From: Oscillospiraceae bacterium
GTDB taxonomy: Bacteria; Bacillota; Clostridia; Oscillospirales; CAG-272
Assembly: GCA_015064205.1 (NCBI GenBank)
Contig: SVSR01000001.1
Location: forward strand, 151,382-215,381
Direction: 5' to 3'
Length of the DNA stretch: 64,000 nucleotides
A model generated the notes under the pieces. The model ran no database searches. It was given only the letters and a program-made list of their open reading frames with translations, and was not told where the DNA came from. Every line of letters begins with the position of its first letter. Position 1 is the first letter of the stretch. Made by a program: the position numbers and the translations under genes. Shown in pieces: positions 30,253-40,478 of this stretch.

Positions 30253-30930
30253 TTACAATATATTTTTTATCTCATCAAGCGAGTTTACAATATAGTCGGC
30301 GCATACGTCTTTTGGTATGCCGATCTTATCGTGATTGTACCAGCATGTTTTGATGCCGCATGCATGAGCACCGTTGATATCGGCTGTAAGCGAGTCGCCT
30401 ATCATTATGATCTCGCTCTTATCAATCGGAGCAAGGTAATCAAAGCAAGCTTCAAAAAACTTTTTTGAGGGCTTTGGTTCGCCTATCTCCTCGGATATAA
30501 ACAGATGCTTGAAATACCCTATAAAACCGGCTTTTGTGAGTCGGTTTTTCTGTTGATACGCCGATGCGTTGCTTGCCGTGCAGAGAATGTATTTATCTTT
30601 GAGATGATCAAGTAGATCCTTTGCTCCGTTTACGTGAACCGCGCTATGCTTGACGTGCTCTACAAACTTTTTTTCAAACTCCACGCCGTCAGCGTTAACG
30701 TTTGCTTTTTCAAATACTTTTATAAAGCGTATTCTGTGTAATTCTTCACGCGTGAGTACTCCTTTTTCAATGTCGTGCCAGAGCTCGGTATTAACTTCAA
30801 AAAACGCGCTTATTATATTGTCGGGAAGCGGTATTTTCATGTCCTGTGCCGATTTGTATATTGATTCTGTGGCGCACAGATTGAAATCAAGTAAGGTGTT
30901 GTCAACGTCAAGAAGAACAGCTTTTATCAT
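30253..30930 (-). CDS. HAD hydrolase, YjjG-like pyrimidine nucleotidase
   Basis: DVDNTLLDF, SEEIG-PKP and IGDSLTADI motifs. Confidence 0.85.
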   Translation of the reverse strand: MIKAVLLDVDNTLLDFNLCATESIYKSAQDMKIPLPDNIISAFFEVNTELWHDIEKGVLTREELHRIRFIKVFEKANVNADGVEFEKKFVEHVKHSAVHVNGAKDLLDHLKDKYILCTASNASAYQQKNRLTKAGFIGYFKHLFISEEIGEPKPSKKFFEACFDYLAPIDKSEIIMIGDSLTADINGAHACGIKTCWYNHDKIGIPKDVCADYIVNSLDEIKNIL

Positions 30931-30936
30931 AGTAAA

Positions 30937-31356
30937 TTATACCATTTGAGGGGTGATCTTATCAACCCACTCAAAAGCCGCAGCTTTTTCTTCGGGCTTT
31001 ACACTCTTTAAGAAGGGAAGTCCGCCCTTTATGAATAAAACGTCGTCAATTACGTTAGCTCCTGCTTTGGCAACTGTCTTTTTAAGTACTTCTGCTCCTT
31101 CTGCAGGTCCGTCTACGATGAAAGCAACGTTATTTGCACGTTCTTTTGTAAGCTCCTTTAAGAAGCGTTCAAGAGTAGTATCGATGCTCTTTGATACGCT
31201 TGCAACGATTATAACGAGTCTTTCCTTGTTGCATGAATATGCAGGGGGGATCTTGTCGTAGCTGTTTGCAACGTCGCTTGCATATTTTGCAACGATGTCG
31301 CCTGCAAGAGTGTGAAGCTTACCCTTTGATGAATAAACGAGTGCACGAAGTTTCAT
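30937..31356 (-). CDS. Hypothetical flavodoxin-fold-like protein
   Basis: VYSSKGK..LA N-terminus and alpha/beta pattern, with a degenerate FMN loop. Confidence 0.5.
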   Translation of the reverse strand: MKLRALVYSSKGKLHTLAGDIVAKYASDVANSYDKIPPAYSCNKERLVIIVASVSKSIDTTLERFLKELTKERANNVAFIVDGPAEGAEVLKKTVAKAGANVIDDVLFIKGGLPFLKSVKPEEKAAAFEWVDKITPQMV

Positions 31357-31361
31357 AATAA

Positions 31362-32570
31362 TTACCTCTCTGTATTAAAATTATTTTTTGTTGAAATAAG
31401 ATTGTTTACACCTTCAAGAAGTGTATTCAAAAATATATCTGCTTCTTCTTTTGTGTTCTCACGGCCCAGGCTTACGCGTATAGTTGAGTCTGCCTCACGC
31501 TCTGTAAGACCGAAGGATAAAAGCGTGTTTGAAATATGCCCTGAATTTGACGAGCATGCTGAGCCGCTTGATACGTATATACCGCGCGCTGAAAGGAAAT
31601 GAAGCATGGTTTCGCTCTTTATGCCGCCAAGGTTTATGCTTACGATATGAGGTGCGAATACGCCTTCGGGAATATTTAATTTAACGCTTTTATAGTCGGA
31701 ATTTGTTTCTATTGTATTTCGGATGTGACTCTGTATGTCCGAAATGTTCTTTATGTCAGCAATGAGGCTTTTTGAGCACTCTGCTGCCGCCGCGCCAAAG
31801 CCTGCAATACCTACCGTGTTTTCAGTTCCCGACCGAAGGCCCTTTTCCTGACCGCCGCCGTATATTATCGGAACTAGCTTTCTGGCCTTTAAAACTGCAG
31901 GGTCAACGTAAAGCGCGCCCACACCTTTAGGACCGTGTATCTTGTGCGAGGACAGCGTGATCAAGTCCGCACCGAGCGACATCGGTGTAAACTTTATTTT
32001 CATAAAACCCTGAACGGCATCGGTATGAACGAGTGCTTCGGGGTTCTTGCTTTTGACTATACGCGATATTCTTTTTATATCGTTTACAGCTCCCGTTTCG
32101 TTATTTACTAGCATGACGCTGACAATGACCGTGTTTTTATCAAGTGCCGCTTCAAGAGAATCATAGTCAAAAACGCCGTTTTTAGTGGATATTTTTGTAA
32201 CCTTAATCCCGTCCTCTTCAAGCTTTTTTGCACATTCAAGAACTGCAGGATGCTCGCTGTCGGAGATAACGATATTTTTACCCGGTGTGAACTTCTTTGC
32301 ATGGCACGTGCCGAAAAGCGCAAGATTATCCGCCTCTGTTCCGGATGAGGTGAAGATCAGTCTGTTATCGCCAAGCGTTGAAATGTTCTTAACTCCGAGT
32401 GAATCAAGTATTTCGCCTCTTGCGCGTGTTATTACCTTTTCTGCGTCGACACCCTTGGAGTGCATTGACGAGGGGTTGCCGTAAAGGCTGTCCATTACCT
32501 CGCACATTTTTTTCCGTGCGCTCTGACACAGTGGGGTTGTTGCGCTGTTATCAAAATATATTTCAGCCAT
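31362..32570 (-). CDS. Cysteine desulfurase (IscS/NifS family)
   Basis: YFDNSATT, FTSSGTE, SSHKIHGPKG, RSGTEN and SSGSACSS motifs. Confidence 0.92.
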   Translation of the reverse strand: MAEIYFDNSATTPLCQSARKKMCEVMDSLYGNPSSMHSKGVDAEKVITRARGEILDSLGVKNISTLGDNRLIFTSSGTEADNLALFGTCHAKKFTPGKNIVISDSEHPAVLECAKKLEEDGIKVTKISTKNGVFDYDSLEAALDKNTVIVSVMLVNNETGAVNDIKRISRIVKSKNPEALVHTDAVQGFMKIKFTPMSLGADLITLSSHKIHGPKGVGALYVDPAVLKARKLVPIIYGGGQEKGLRSGTENTVGIAGFGAAAAECSKSLIADIKNISDIQSHIRNTIETNSDYKSVKLNIPEGVFAPHIVSINLGGIKSETMLHFLSARGIYVSSGSACSSNSGHISNTLLSFGLTEREADSTIRVSLGRENTKEEADIFLNTLLEGVNNLISTKNNFNTER

Positions 32571-33127
32571 TATTCTTCAAATACGATGTTGTCGACCATG
32601 TAGATAACGTCTTCGATATGCTCGTCATACTTCTCTGGACTTGCCGTGTAGGTGAACACGTAAACCTCGGGTTGGGAAGTGAACAGATTTGCATTGGTAA
32701 CATAGCAGACTATCTGCATGAACTTGTATTCTTTGCCTGCAATACTTGCGTTGTAAATGTATTTTTTAGCATTCTTGCCGCCAAGCGTTGTATCTTCGCC
32801 TTCGCTTTCATACACCATTTCGCCGAAAACGGCATTGAATTCTTCTGAAAACTGTGTCCAATATTCTTCAGCAGACAAAGCTTGTCCTGCATCAAAGCCC
32901 ATCATAGACACGTTTGATGTGTCAAAATCGCTGACCATTGCCGAGGTCATTCCGCTTTGTTCGCCAATCTGCCACGTGTCTACCATATAGAAGTTATAGC
33001 CAACACCGTCGGCTGATATTTCAATGCAGCCGGAGGGCACTGTGAGATCGTCCTCTGAGCATGAAACAAGCGAGAGTGTGAGCATGAGTATTGCAAAAAC
33101 AAGTATAAGTACACGGTTATTTCTCAT
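32570..33127 (-). CDS. Lipoprotein, possibly DcrB/PsbP-like fold
   Basis: Leader ending LVSC. Acidic beta-rich domain ending YVFTYTA. ATG at 33127 after AAGGAAG. Confidence 0.55.
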   Translation of the reverse strand: MRNNRVLILVFAILMLTLSLVSCSEDDLTVPSGCIEISADGVGYNFYMVDTWQIGEQSGMTSAMVSDFDTSNVSMMGFDAGQALSAEEYWTQFSEEFNAVFGEMVYESEGEDTTLGGKNAKKYIYNASIAGKEYKFMQIVCYVTNANLFTSQPEVYVFTYTASPEKYDEHIEDVIYMVDNIVFEE

Positions 33128-33261
33128 ATCAAATCTTCCTTTTTTACCGCATAATACGGGGATTATACATATTATACCTGTTATTTTCTCCTGTGTCAAC
33201 GGAGTAATTGTTAATTTAAGTAATTTTGCAAAAAATAAAACGGCCAAAAAGCCGTTTTGTA

Positions 33262-33618
33262 TTATTTCGGTTTACCCTTGAAGATAAGCGAAGCAATAAG
33301 ACCGAATGTCATAGCCGCGCATATTCCGGCGCTTGTTGCACTAAGTCCGCCTTTTAAAACTCCGTAAAGTCCCTCTCTTGCAACGCTTTCCTTAACGCCG
33401 CAGGCGAGCGCGTAGCCAAATCCCGTAAGCGGTACTGTTGCCCCGCTTCCTGCAAAGTCAACCAGCGGTTCGTAAAGTCCTATTGCTGTGAGGATAACAC
33501 CGGCAACAACGTAGGAAACGAGTATTCTTGCAGGTGTCAGCATGGTCCTGTCTATAAGAACCTGAGCGATAACGCAAAACAGCCCGCCTATAACAAAAGC
33601 CCATATATAGTCCATCAT
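33262..33618 (-). CDS. spoVAE: Stage V sporulation protein AE
   Basis: AFVIGGLFCVIAQVLID, TPARILV and GATVPLTGFG motifs. Confidence 0.92.
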   Translation of the reverse strand: MMDYIWAFVIGGLFCVIAQVLIDRTMLTPARILVSYVVAGVILTAIGLYEPLVDFAGSGATVPLTGFGYALACGVKESVAREGLYGVLKGGLSATSAGICAAMTFGLIASLIFKGKPK

Positions 33619-33638
33619 GGTTATATCACCTCACTTGT

Positions 33639-34640
33639 TTATTTTGAAAGCATTTCTATTTTTAAAAGATGTCCGATACCCGGTATAGACAGACCCTGAA
33701 GCAAGCTTGACGGTGACATCATTGCGCCCGTTGCCATAAATAAAATACGCTTGACATCAAGATTTTTAAGCTTTTCAAGATAGTGAGAAGCAAGAACAAT
33801 ACCGCTGCATCCGCAGCCCGATCCGCCTGCGTGCATGTCCTGCCTTTCGCGGTCGTATATTATAAGTCCGCAGTCATAGTGGTTTCTCGAAATGTCGTAT
33901 CCGTTGTTTTTCATAAAATCAACAAGGATCTTTGACCCCTCATAGCCGAGATCCCCCGTTATAATAGCGTCAAAATCTTCGGGCTCTTCGCCGCTTTCAT
34001 TAAAATACTGTGTCAGCGTATTAACTGCCGCAGGCGCCATAGCCGCGCCCATGTTGCTTATATCGGTGATGCCCTTATCAACAACTGTACCCGGTAAAAC
34101 TGCGGTGATTCTCGGGTGAAAACCGCTTTTTTTGCCAACGATGAATGCCGCCGCGCCCGTTACCGTCCATTGAGCGGTTGGCGTGCGCTGACCGCCGTAT
34201 TCGAGAGGGAATCTGAACTGCCTTTCTGCGCTGCAGTTGTGCGATGAGCAGACCGCCGCCGCACGCGGCAGTTTATCCGAGTCAACCATGAGTGAGGAAA
34301 GAATAAGGGATTCCGCACACGTGGAGCAAGCGCCGTAAAGGCCGAAGTAGGGCGCGTCAAAGCCGGCAAGACCGTATGCCGAGCCCGTGCATTGATTTAA
34401 AAGGTCGCCTGCAAATATTGCTCCGATATCGCTTATATTGTATCCCGATCTTGTCAGTACGCCGTCGAAAGCGATTCTTTGCATTTCACTTTCAGCCTTT
34501 TCCCAGGTGTCCATTTTGAACTTATCACTTTTATCAACAAAGTCAAATTTTTTGCCTATCGGGCCCTCGCTCTCGCGTTTTCCGACAACTGAGTATGCAT
34601 ATTCAATAGCCGGTGCGCTTTTCAGTTCTATAATCGACAT
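33639..34640 (-). CDS. spoVAD: Stage V sporulation protein AD
   Basis: WEKAES, GDLLNQ, GLYGACST, ERQFRFPLEYG, NMGAAMAPAA and GGSGCGC motifs. Confidence 0.95.
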   Translation of the reverse strand: MSIIELKSAPAIEYAYSVVGKRESEGPIGKKFDFVDKSDKFKMDTWEKAESEMQRIAFDGVLTRSGYNISDIGAIFAGDLLNQCTGSAYGLAGFDAPYFGLYGACSTCAESLILSSLMVDSDKLPRAAAVCSSHNCSAERQFRFPLEYGGQRTPTAQWTVTGAAAFIVGKKSGFHPRITAVLPGTVVDKGITDISNMGAAMAPAAVNTLTQYFNESGEEPEDFDAIITGDLGYEGSKILVDFMKNNGYDISRNHYDCGLIIYDRERQDMHAGGSGCGCSGIVLASHYLEKLKNLDVKRILFMATGAMMSPSSLLQGLSIPGIGHLLKIEMLSK

Positions 34641-34650
34641 GTTTTCCCCC

Positions 34651-35106
34651 TTAAAGTACAGGTGTAAAAAGATTAACTATATAAAGAACTAATCCGTATA
34701 TAACGCTTGCAACAGTGCCGTACAGTATTACCGGCCCTGCAATAGTGAATATCTTTGCTCCAACACCGAGAACAAAGCCTTCTGCCTTTGTATCAATGGC
34801 AGGAGAAGCAACTGCATTTGCAAAGCCTGTTATCGGAACGAGTGTTCCTGCTCCGGCGAATTTTGCAATGTTGTCGAAAACATTAAGTCCGGTCAAAAGA
34901 ACTGCAAGGAAGATAAGCGTGACCGAAACGAGTCCCGACGTATTTTTTACCCCAAGCCCGAGAGGAGTATAAAGCTTGTTTAATACCTCACCGATAAGGC
35001 ATATGGTTCCGCCCGTCCAGAACGCGTTAACACAGTCAACCGCGAGATTTGATTTTGTAGCCTTGTTTTGTACGTATTTTTTGTATTCTTTATTATTCAT
35101 ACCCAT
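34651..35106 (-). CDS. spoVAC: Stage V sporulation protein AC
   Basis: AFWTGGTIC, AGAGTLVPITGFAN and FTIAGPVI motifs. ATG at 35106 after AAAGGA. Confidence 0.93.
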   Translation of the reverse strand: MGMNNKEYKKYVQNKATKSNLAVDCVNAFWTGGTICLIGEVLNKLYTPLGLGVKNTSGLVSVTLIFLAVLLTGLNVFDNIAKFAGAGTLVPITGFANAVASPAIDTKAEGFVLGVGAKIFTIAGPVILYGTVASVIYGLVLYIVNLFTPVL

Positions 35107-35305
35107 ATATCCTTTTTGATATTTCTGTAAGTAGTTTATCCCAATTGTATTCACATATACCTGAAATAGCCGTTTTGAAACATTAAGTGTAAAAAAATAT
35201 TTTTGGATACTACTGTAAAATCGTTGTAATGCTCTTGCAATTTTTCTAAAATGTGGTATAATTACGGTGATAATAAATTAATATATTTTCTGAAAGGCAA
35301 AAATT

Positions 35306-36295
35306 ATGGCAGAATTACGTTGGAATCCTATGATAAAAGACTGGGTGATGATAGCTTCTCACCGCCAGAACCGTCCTCAAATGCCTAAGGACTGGTGCCC
35401 CTTCTGTCCCGGATCGGGAAAGGTTCCGGACAGCTATGAGGTATACAAATATGATAACGATTTTCCGGCACTTTCTCAGAATCCCCCCAAGCCTGACGAC
35501 GTTGCAACCGATTTTTATAAGGTCGCACCTTCTCACGGCAAATGTGAGGTAATACTTTTCTCTCCCGAGCATAACGGAAATATCCGCGATCTGTCCGATG
35601 AGCATATGAACAAGCTCGTTGACCTCTGGTGCGAGCGCTTCAATGCTATGCGCGAGGACGAAAAGATAAAGTACGTTTTCATTTTTGAAAACCGCGGTGA
35701 CGTTGTTGGCGTTACAATGCCTCACCCTCACGGTCAGATGTACGGCTACTCCGTTCTTCCCAAGAAGATGGAGCTTGAGCTTGACGCAGGTCTTGAACAT
35801 TATGAAAACAACTGCGAATGTATTTTCTGCCGTATGAATAAGGAAGAGGTTGCATTCAAAGAGAGGGTTATCTGCGAAAACGAAGATTTTATCGCATACA
35901 TTCCTTTCTTTGCAGACTATGCATACGGTGTTTACATAACAGCAAAGAAACATAAGCAGTATATTACCGACTTTAATGAAAGCGAGAGGAGAAATCTCGG
36001 TATCATTATGCGAAACGTTGTCGGTATGTACGACAATATATTTGACTTCAACTTCCCCTACATGATGTGTATGCATAACGCTCCCGTTAACGTAGAGGAT
36101 GAACAGTACAAGGATTATGAGAAGTATACTCATTTCCATATCGAATACTATCCGCCGCTTCGAGACTCTAACAAGCAGCAGTTCCAGGCTTCAAGCGAAA
36201 CAGGCGTGTGGGCGCACTGCAACCCCACAGCTCCCGAAGCAAAGGCATCTGAAATGAGAGAAGCCCTCAAGCGTTATCTTGATAAAATAAACTAA
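35306..36295 (+). CDS. galT: Galactose-1-phosphate uridylyltransferase
   Basis: MAELRWNP, CPFCPG, NDFPAL, FENRG and HPHGQ motifs. Confidence 0.92.
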   Translation: MAELRWNPMIKDWVMIASHRQNRPQMPKDWCPFCPGSGKVPDSYEVYKYDNDFPALSQNPPKPDDVATDFYKVAPSHGKCEVILFSPEHNGNIRDLSDEHMNKLVDLWCERFNAMREDEKIKYVFIFENRGDVVGVTMPHPHGQMYGYSVLPKKMELELDAGLEHYENNCECIFCRMNKEEVAFKERVICENEDFIAYIPFFADYAYGVYITAKKHKQYITDFNESERRNLGIIMRNVVGMYDNIFDFNFPYMMCMHNAPVNVEDEQYKDYEKYTHFHIEYYPPLRDSNKQQFQASSETGVWAHCNPTAPEAKASEMREALKRYLDKIN

Positions 36296-36319
36296 CAAGG
36301 GCTTGTACAGGAGGATATT

Positions 36320-37132
36320 ATGGCTATAAGATTTCTTCTTAAAGAAGGACTTTTAAAAGTTCTTACAATGAGCTATGATGACGGAAATTTTGATGGGGAT
36401 AAACGCCTTATTGAAATTTTCAACAAGTACGGTATCAAGGGTACTTTCCATCTTAACGGAATAAAGTACGTTGAAGGGCCGCACGGCAGATATGCGGATA
36501 GAGTAGAAGAAGTAAAAGAAATGTATAAAGGCCATGAAATATCTCTTCACGGATATTCTCATCCGTCTCTTGCACGTCTGCCGAAGTCCGAGATAATGCG
36601 TGAGATAGTACGCGACCGCGAGGTTCTCGAAGGCCTTGCAGGATATCCCGTCAGAGGTATGTCATATCCGTTTGGAAGCTATAATGATGAGGTTATAGAG
36701 GTTCTCAGAATTCTTGACGTGAAGTATTCAAGAGCCGTTTTGCCTTCCAATGATTTTTCCTTCCCCAAGGACTTTTTAGACTGGCATCCTACGGGTCACC
36801 ACGGCGAGCTGCAGGATCAGAGGCTTGAAAAGTTTGCAAAAGCATCGCCCGACAGTCCCATTCTGTTCTATGTATGGGGACATTCGTATGAGTTTAACGA
36901 GGAAAACACCGAATATACGTGGGATAAGATGGAAGCCTTCTGTGAAAAGGCAAGCAGAATAGACGGAGTGTGGTATGCGACCAATATTGAGATATATGAT
37001 TATATCACGGCAACCAAGCGAATTGAAATTTCAAATGACAGAAAGATGTTCTTTAATCCGAGTGCAATTTCAGTATGGGCAAGCGTTGACGGCGCTGTCG
37101 TTGAGCTGAAGCCTGGTGTGACTAAGATATAA
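36320..37132 (+). CDS. Polysaccharide deacetylase (CE4/NodB-like)
   Basis: TMSYDDG, GHEISLHGYSHP, SYPFG and YVWGHSYE motifs. Confidence 0.85.
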   Translation: MAIRFLLKEGLLKVLTMSYDDGNFDGDKRLIEIFNKYGIKGTFHLNGIKYVEGPHGRYADRVEEVKEMYKGHEISLHGYSHPSLARLPKSEIMREIVRDREVLEGLAGYPVRGMSYPFGSYNDEVIEVLRILDVKYSRAVLPSNDFSFPKDFLDWHPTGHHGELQDQRLEKFAKASPDSPILFYVWGHSYEFNEENTEYTWDKMEAFCEKASRIDGVWYATNIEIYDYITATKRIEISNDRKMFFNPSAISVWASVDGAVVELKPGVTKI

Positions 37133-37163
37133 AATAAAAAAGCTTTCCGCAAGGAAAGCTTTT

Positions 37164-38258
37164 TTATTTCCACTGAAACAGTCTGTCAAACTCAAACAGC
37201 CTTTTTACAAGCACTGAGAGATTGTCTTTTGTTTTCTTATCAACGTTGGTGAGAGATTTCATTATAATTCCTATGTTTTTAAGTTTGGCCGCGTTAATAT
37301 CAGAGAGCGTTTTTGCTCCCGTGGACTCAAGGATACTAAAAAGCACGTCAGTTGCGTGACGTCTTTCGTCGGGAGAGAGCGAGCCTATCCAATCGCTGAT
37401 CGCTCGGTCTGTATGCTTGCTGAAGTTTGAAAGAGAAGCGGCTTTTATAAATTCGCTGCCCTTTATTTCCCATGAAAACGGATCGTGCTGCCATAGCGCT
37501 GTCTGCGAGCTTTTTACGATCTGATATGCTTCCGTATGCTCAAGCAGGAGACCGACTACCGAGGACTCGGGAATAAAGGTGAAAAGTCTATCTGCTATCT
37601 CCCTGTATTCGGGCAGATCGGTTATGCGCTTTTCAAATCCCGGCCCATCGTTGTTATATGCCGCAATTATTCGCCTTTGAAGCCTTGAGGGCGCGTTGAC
37701 TGCCGCCCATATAGCGAGATTGCCGCCTTTTGAGTGACCGCCGAGCCGTATTTTTCCGCGCTTTGCATAAGCAATATCAATAAGGTAGTCAAGCGCTGAT
37801 ACTTGCGCCGGTACGGGGGAGGCAAAGCTCATATTGAAGTTTTCCTTCCAGCCGACAAGTGTGTCGTCTGTGCCCCTGTATGAGATAAACAGAGTCTTAT
37901 CGGGAAGACTGAATGTTATTGCGGAAAACTGTATGCCGATGTCCGCATCTATCTTGTCAACGTATGAGTAGAGAAGCACGTTTGAAAAGCGCTTTGTGCG
38001 TGCCGCTTGCTTAACGAAGTCAGACGTCTGGTCGGGAATTATAAGTCCGAGATCCTGACGGTCGCGGTCAAGCTCGGCAAGACGTCTTTCGGCCTCGGCA
38101 AGCGTTATACCACCGCACATCGGCTCGGGCGGTATAACGTTACTGAAATCCATATAGGATATGATTGAGAGGATAAGGTTATCAACCTCGCTAAAGCCGT
38201 CAAGGTCAAAGCCTATATCGCCTCTCCAATCAAGATAATCGAAAACATTATTATTCAT
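37164..38258 (-). CDS. DUF2974 (Mbeg1-like) alpha/beta hydrolase
   Basis: DYLDWRGD, QFSAITF, YRGTDDTLVGWKE, GHSKGGNLA and DGPGF motifs. Confidence 0.88.
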   Translation of the reverse strand: MNNNVFDYLDWRGDIGFDLDGFSEVDNLILSIISYMDFSNVIPPEPMCGGITLAEAERRLAELDRDRQDLGLIIPDQTSDFVKQAARTKRFSNVLLYSYVDKIDADIGIQFSAITFSLPDKTLFISYRGTDDTLVGWKENFNMSFASPVPAQVSALDYLIDIAYAKRGKIRLGGHSKGGNLAIWAAVNAPSRLQRRIIAAYNNDGPGFEKRITDLPEYREIADRLFTFIPESSVVGLLLEHTEAYQIVKSSQTALWQHDPFSWEIKGSEFIKAASLSNFSKHTDRAISDWIGSLSPDERRHATDVLFSILESTGAKTLSDINAAKLKNIGIIMKSLTNVDKKTKDNLSVLVKRLFEFDRLFQWK

Positions 38259-38319
38259 ACAAATACCACATTAACAAAAAGTTTATTACAGTATATGCAA
38301 AAGTCTGTACTCAGTTCTG

Positions 38320-40287
38320 TTACTTTATCTCTTCAAGCACAACGGCGCTTCTTGGGGGAAGGGCAAAGGTGCCGGTGTTTACAAAACGGCTCGGCATGTC
38401 GTGCTTGCCTTCAAATTCACTTGAAGCGGAGTTGAGCAGCACCTTATATTTTGAGCCCTTTGAGTCAAGCGGGATATCGTGGGTTATCCATGTGTGAAGG
38501 TTGAATAAGAAGACAAGTCCGCCGCGCCTGAAAGCGATGATCTTATTATCGTTGTGTATCATAAGAAGCTCGGACACACCCGATAAAACGGGGTATTTTG
38601 TCAGCAGATTTATCATTTTGTTATCAAACTTGTTTAGATATTGATATTTGAGATCGGGCGAATCAACAAGGCTCCACTGGCGTCTTGCGTACTTGCCCGA
38701 ATCACCGTTACCCTCTCTCGGAAAATCTATCCATTCGGGATGCCCGAATTCGTTACCCATGAAATTAAGATATCCCTCGCCTGCAAGAGATGACGTTAAA
38801 AGCCTGAATACTTTATGATAGTCCATCGCGCGTTCAATTATCGGACTATCATTATCCTTGTTCATGCAGGTGTACATTTCCGCATCAGCAAGGTGGAAGA
38901 TTATAGTCTTATCACCCACAAGCGCCTGATCGTGGGATTCACAGTATCCGATATTCTTTTCCATAGGACGGCGCGTGGTAAGCTCATACCAGAGTGCATC
39001 CATGTTCCAGTCCTCGTCGCGCTGCTTTGTGAGCATTTTTATAAAGTGGTCGGGAACGCCCATTGAAAGACGGTAGTCAAAGCCGATACCGCCGTCCTTT
39101 ACAGGTATGCACATACCCGGCATTCCGCTCATATCCTCGGCTATGGTAATAGCCATAGGATTTACTTCGTGGATCAGCTCGTTTGCAAGCTGAAGATAGG
39201 TTACCGATTCGGTGTCGGTGTTCATGCTGAAATACTTTTCGTATCTGTCAAACACACCGCCGAGCCCGTGGTCATGATATAGCATAGACGTAACTCCGTC
39301 AAAGCGGAAGCCGTCAAAATGGAATTCTTCTATCCAGTATTTGATATTTGAAAGCAGGAAGTGAAGAACTTCGTTCTTGTCGTAGTTGAAAAGCCTTGTT
39401 CCCCATGCACTGTGATAACCGCGCTCGCCCTCGTGGAAATACTGATAATTCGTTCCGTCAAATTCCGAGAGTCCTTCAACGCTGTTGATAGCCGCATGCG
39501 AATGTATGATATCAAGAAGCACGGAAATACCGCTTTTGTGTGCGGTGTTTATGAGATTTTTCAGCTCCTCGGGAGTGCCGAAGCGTGAAGACGGGGCAAA
39601 AAAGTTTGCAACCTGATAGCCGAATGATGCATAGTAGGGATGCTCCATAACAGCCATTATCTGAATGCAGTTATAACCGTTTGCTTTGATGCGGGGAAGT
39701 ACCTTTTCGCAGAATTCGTTGTACGTTCCGATATTCTCCTCTTCGTTTGCCATACCTATGTGACACTCGTATATAAGAGGATTTTCAGGCTTTTTCTTTT
39801 TGAAAAAGCGCGAGTCTGTCCACTTGAATTTTGTGTCGGGGTCCCATACCTGACCGCAGAAGCTGCCGTCGGTCCAGCTTTGAACAACTCTGTTCATGTA
39901 TGCAGGTATTCTGTCGATAACTCTGCCGTGTGATACGAATTTTACACGTATGTTCTGACCGTGCTTGAGGCTGTCAAGCGGCAGTCTTATCTCAAAATTG
40001 CCGTTGCCGAGATTTTCCATCATCCCGTAATGCTCGTCCCAGTTATTGAAGTCGCCAACAAGCGCAGCTTCGCTTGCCGCAGGAGCCCATTCTCTGTATA
40101 TCCATTCGTTTTTTGTTTTATGAAGCCCGTAATACATATAACCGTTTGCAAAATCGGAGAGGGTGGGAGCCGCTTTTAAAAGCTGCTTCTTTTTGCGCTC
40201 AAAGCTTTGCATTCTTAGCCTGAGATCTCCTTCGAACGGAGCAAGACCTTTATCTATATTTAAAAGGGCGATTTTCTTTCTTGCCAT
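38320..40287 (-). CDS. glgB: 1,4-alpha-glucan branching enzyme (GH13, eukaryote-like subtype)
   Basis: YREWAP, YECHIGM, DGFRFDGVTSM, AEDMSGMP, ESHDQALVGDKT and FMGNEFGHPEWIDFPR motifs. Confidence 0.92.
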   Translation of the reverse strand: MARKKIALLNIDKGLAPFEGDLRLRMQSFERKKKQLLKAAPTLSDFANGYMYYGLHKTKNEWIYREWAPAASEAALVGDFNNWDEHYGMMENLGNGNFEIRLPLDSLKHGQNIRVKFVSHGRVIDRIPAYMNRVVQSWTDGSFCGQVWDPDTKFKWTDSRFFKKKKPENPLIYECHIGMANEEENIGTYNEFCEKVLPRIKANGYNCIQIMAVMEHPYYASFGYQVANFFAPSSRFGTPEELKNLINTAHKSGISVLLDIIHSHAAINSVEGLSEFDGTNYQYFHEGERGYHSAWGTRLFNYDKNEVLHFLLSNIKYWIEEFHFDGFRFDGVTSMLYHDHGLGGVFDRYEKYFSMNTDTESVTYLQLANELIHEVNPMAITIAEDMSGMPGMCIPVKDGGIGFDYRLSMGVPDHFIKMLTKQRDEDWNMDALWYELTTRRPMEKNIGYCESHDQALVGDKTIIFHLADAEMYTCMNKDNDSPIIERAMDYHKVFRLLTSSLAGEGYLNFMGNEFGHPEWIDFPREGNGDSGKYARRQWSLVDSPDLKYQYLNKFDNKMINLLTKYPVLSGVSELLMIHNDNKIIAFRRGGLVFLFNLHTWITHDIPLDSKGSKYKVLLNSASSEFEGKHDMPSRFVNTGTFALPPRSAVVLEEIK

Positions 40288-40478
40288 AATATGCCTTTCC
40301 TTTTCTTTAAACTATCTGTATTAGTATACTTCAATATAACGGCGAAAAATACATAATATTGTCACTTTTCTTTCCTGTATAAATTTTATCACAAATGTTT
40401 TTATAAATCAAGTGCTTGAAAATGACCTTGAAACTGTGATATAATAAAAACATTATAGTAATAAGGATAGACAAGACA

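Noticed and set aside
35128-35165. SigF/SigG promoter for spoVA (GTATA-N14-GGATAAACTA on the minus strand)
   Set aside because: Plausible from context, but the spacing is off consensus. Too weak to list as a feature.
35315-36139. 274-aa minus-strand ORF
   Set aside because: Antisense shadow of galT.
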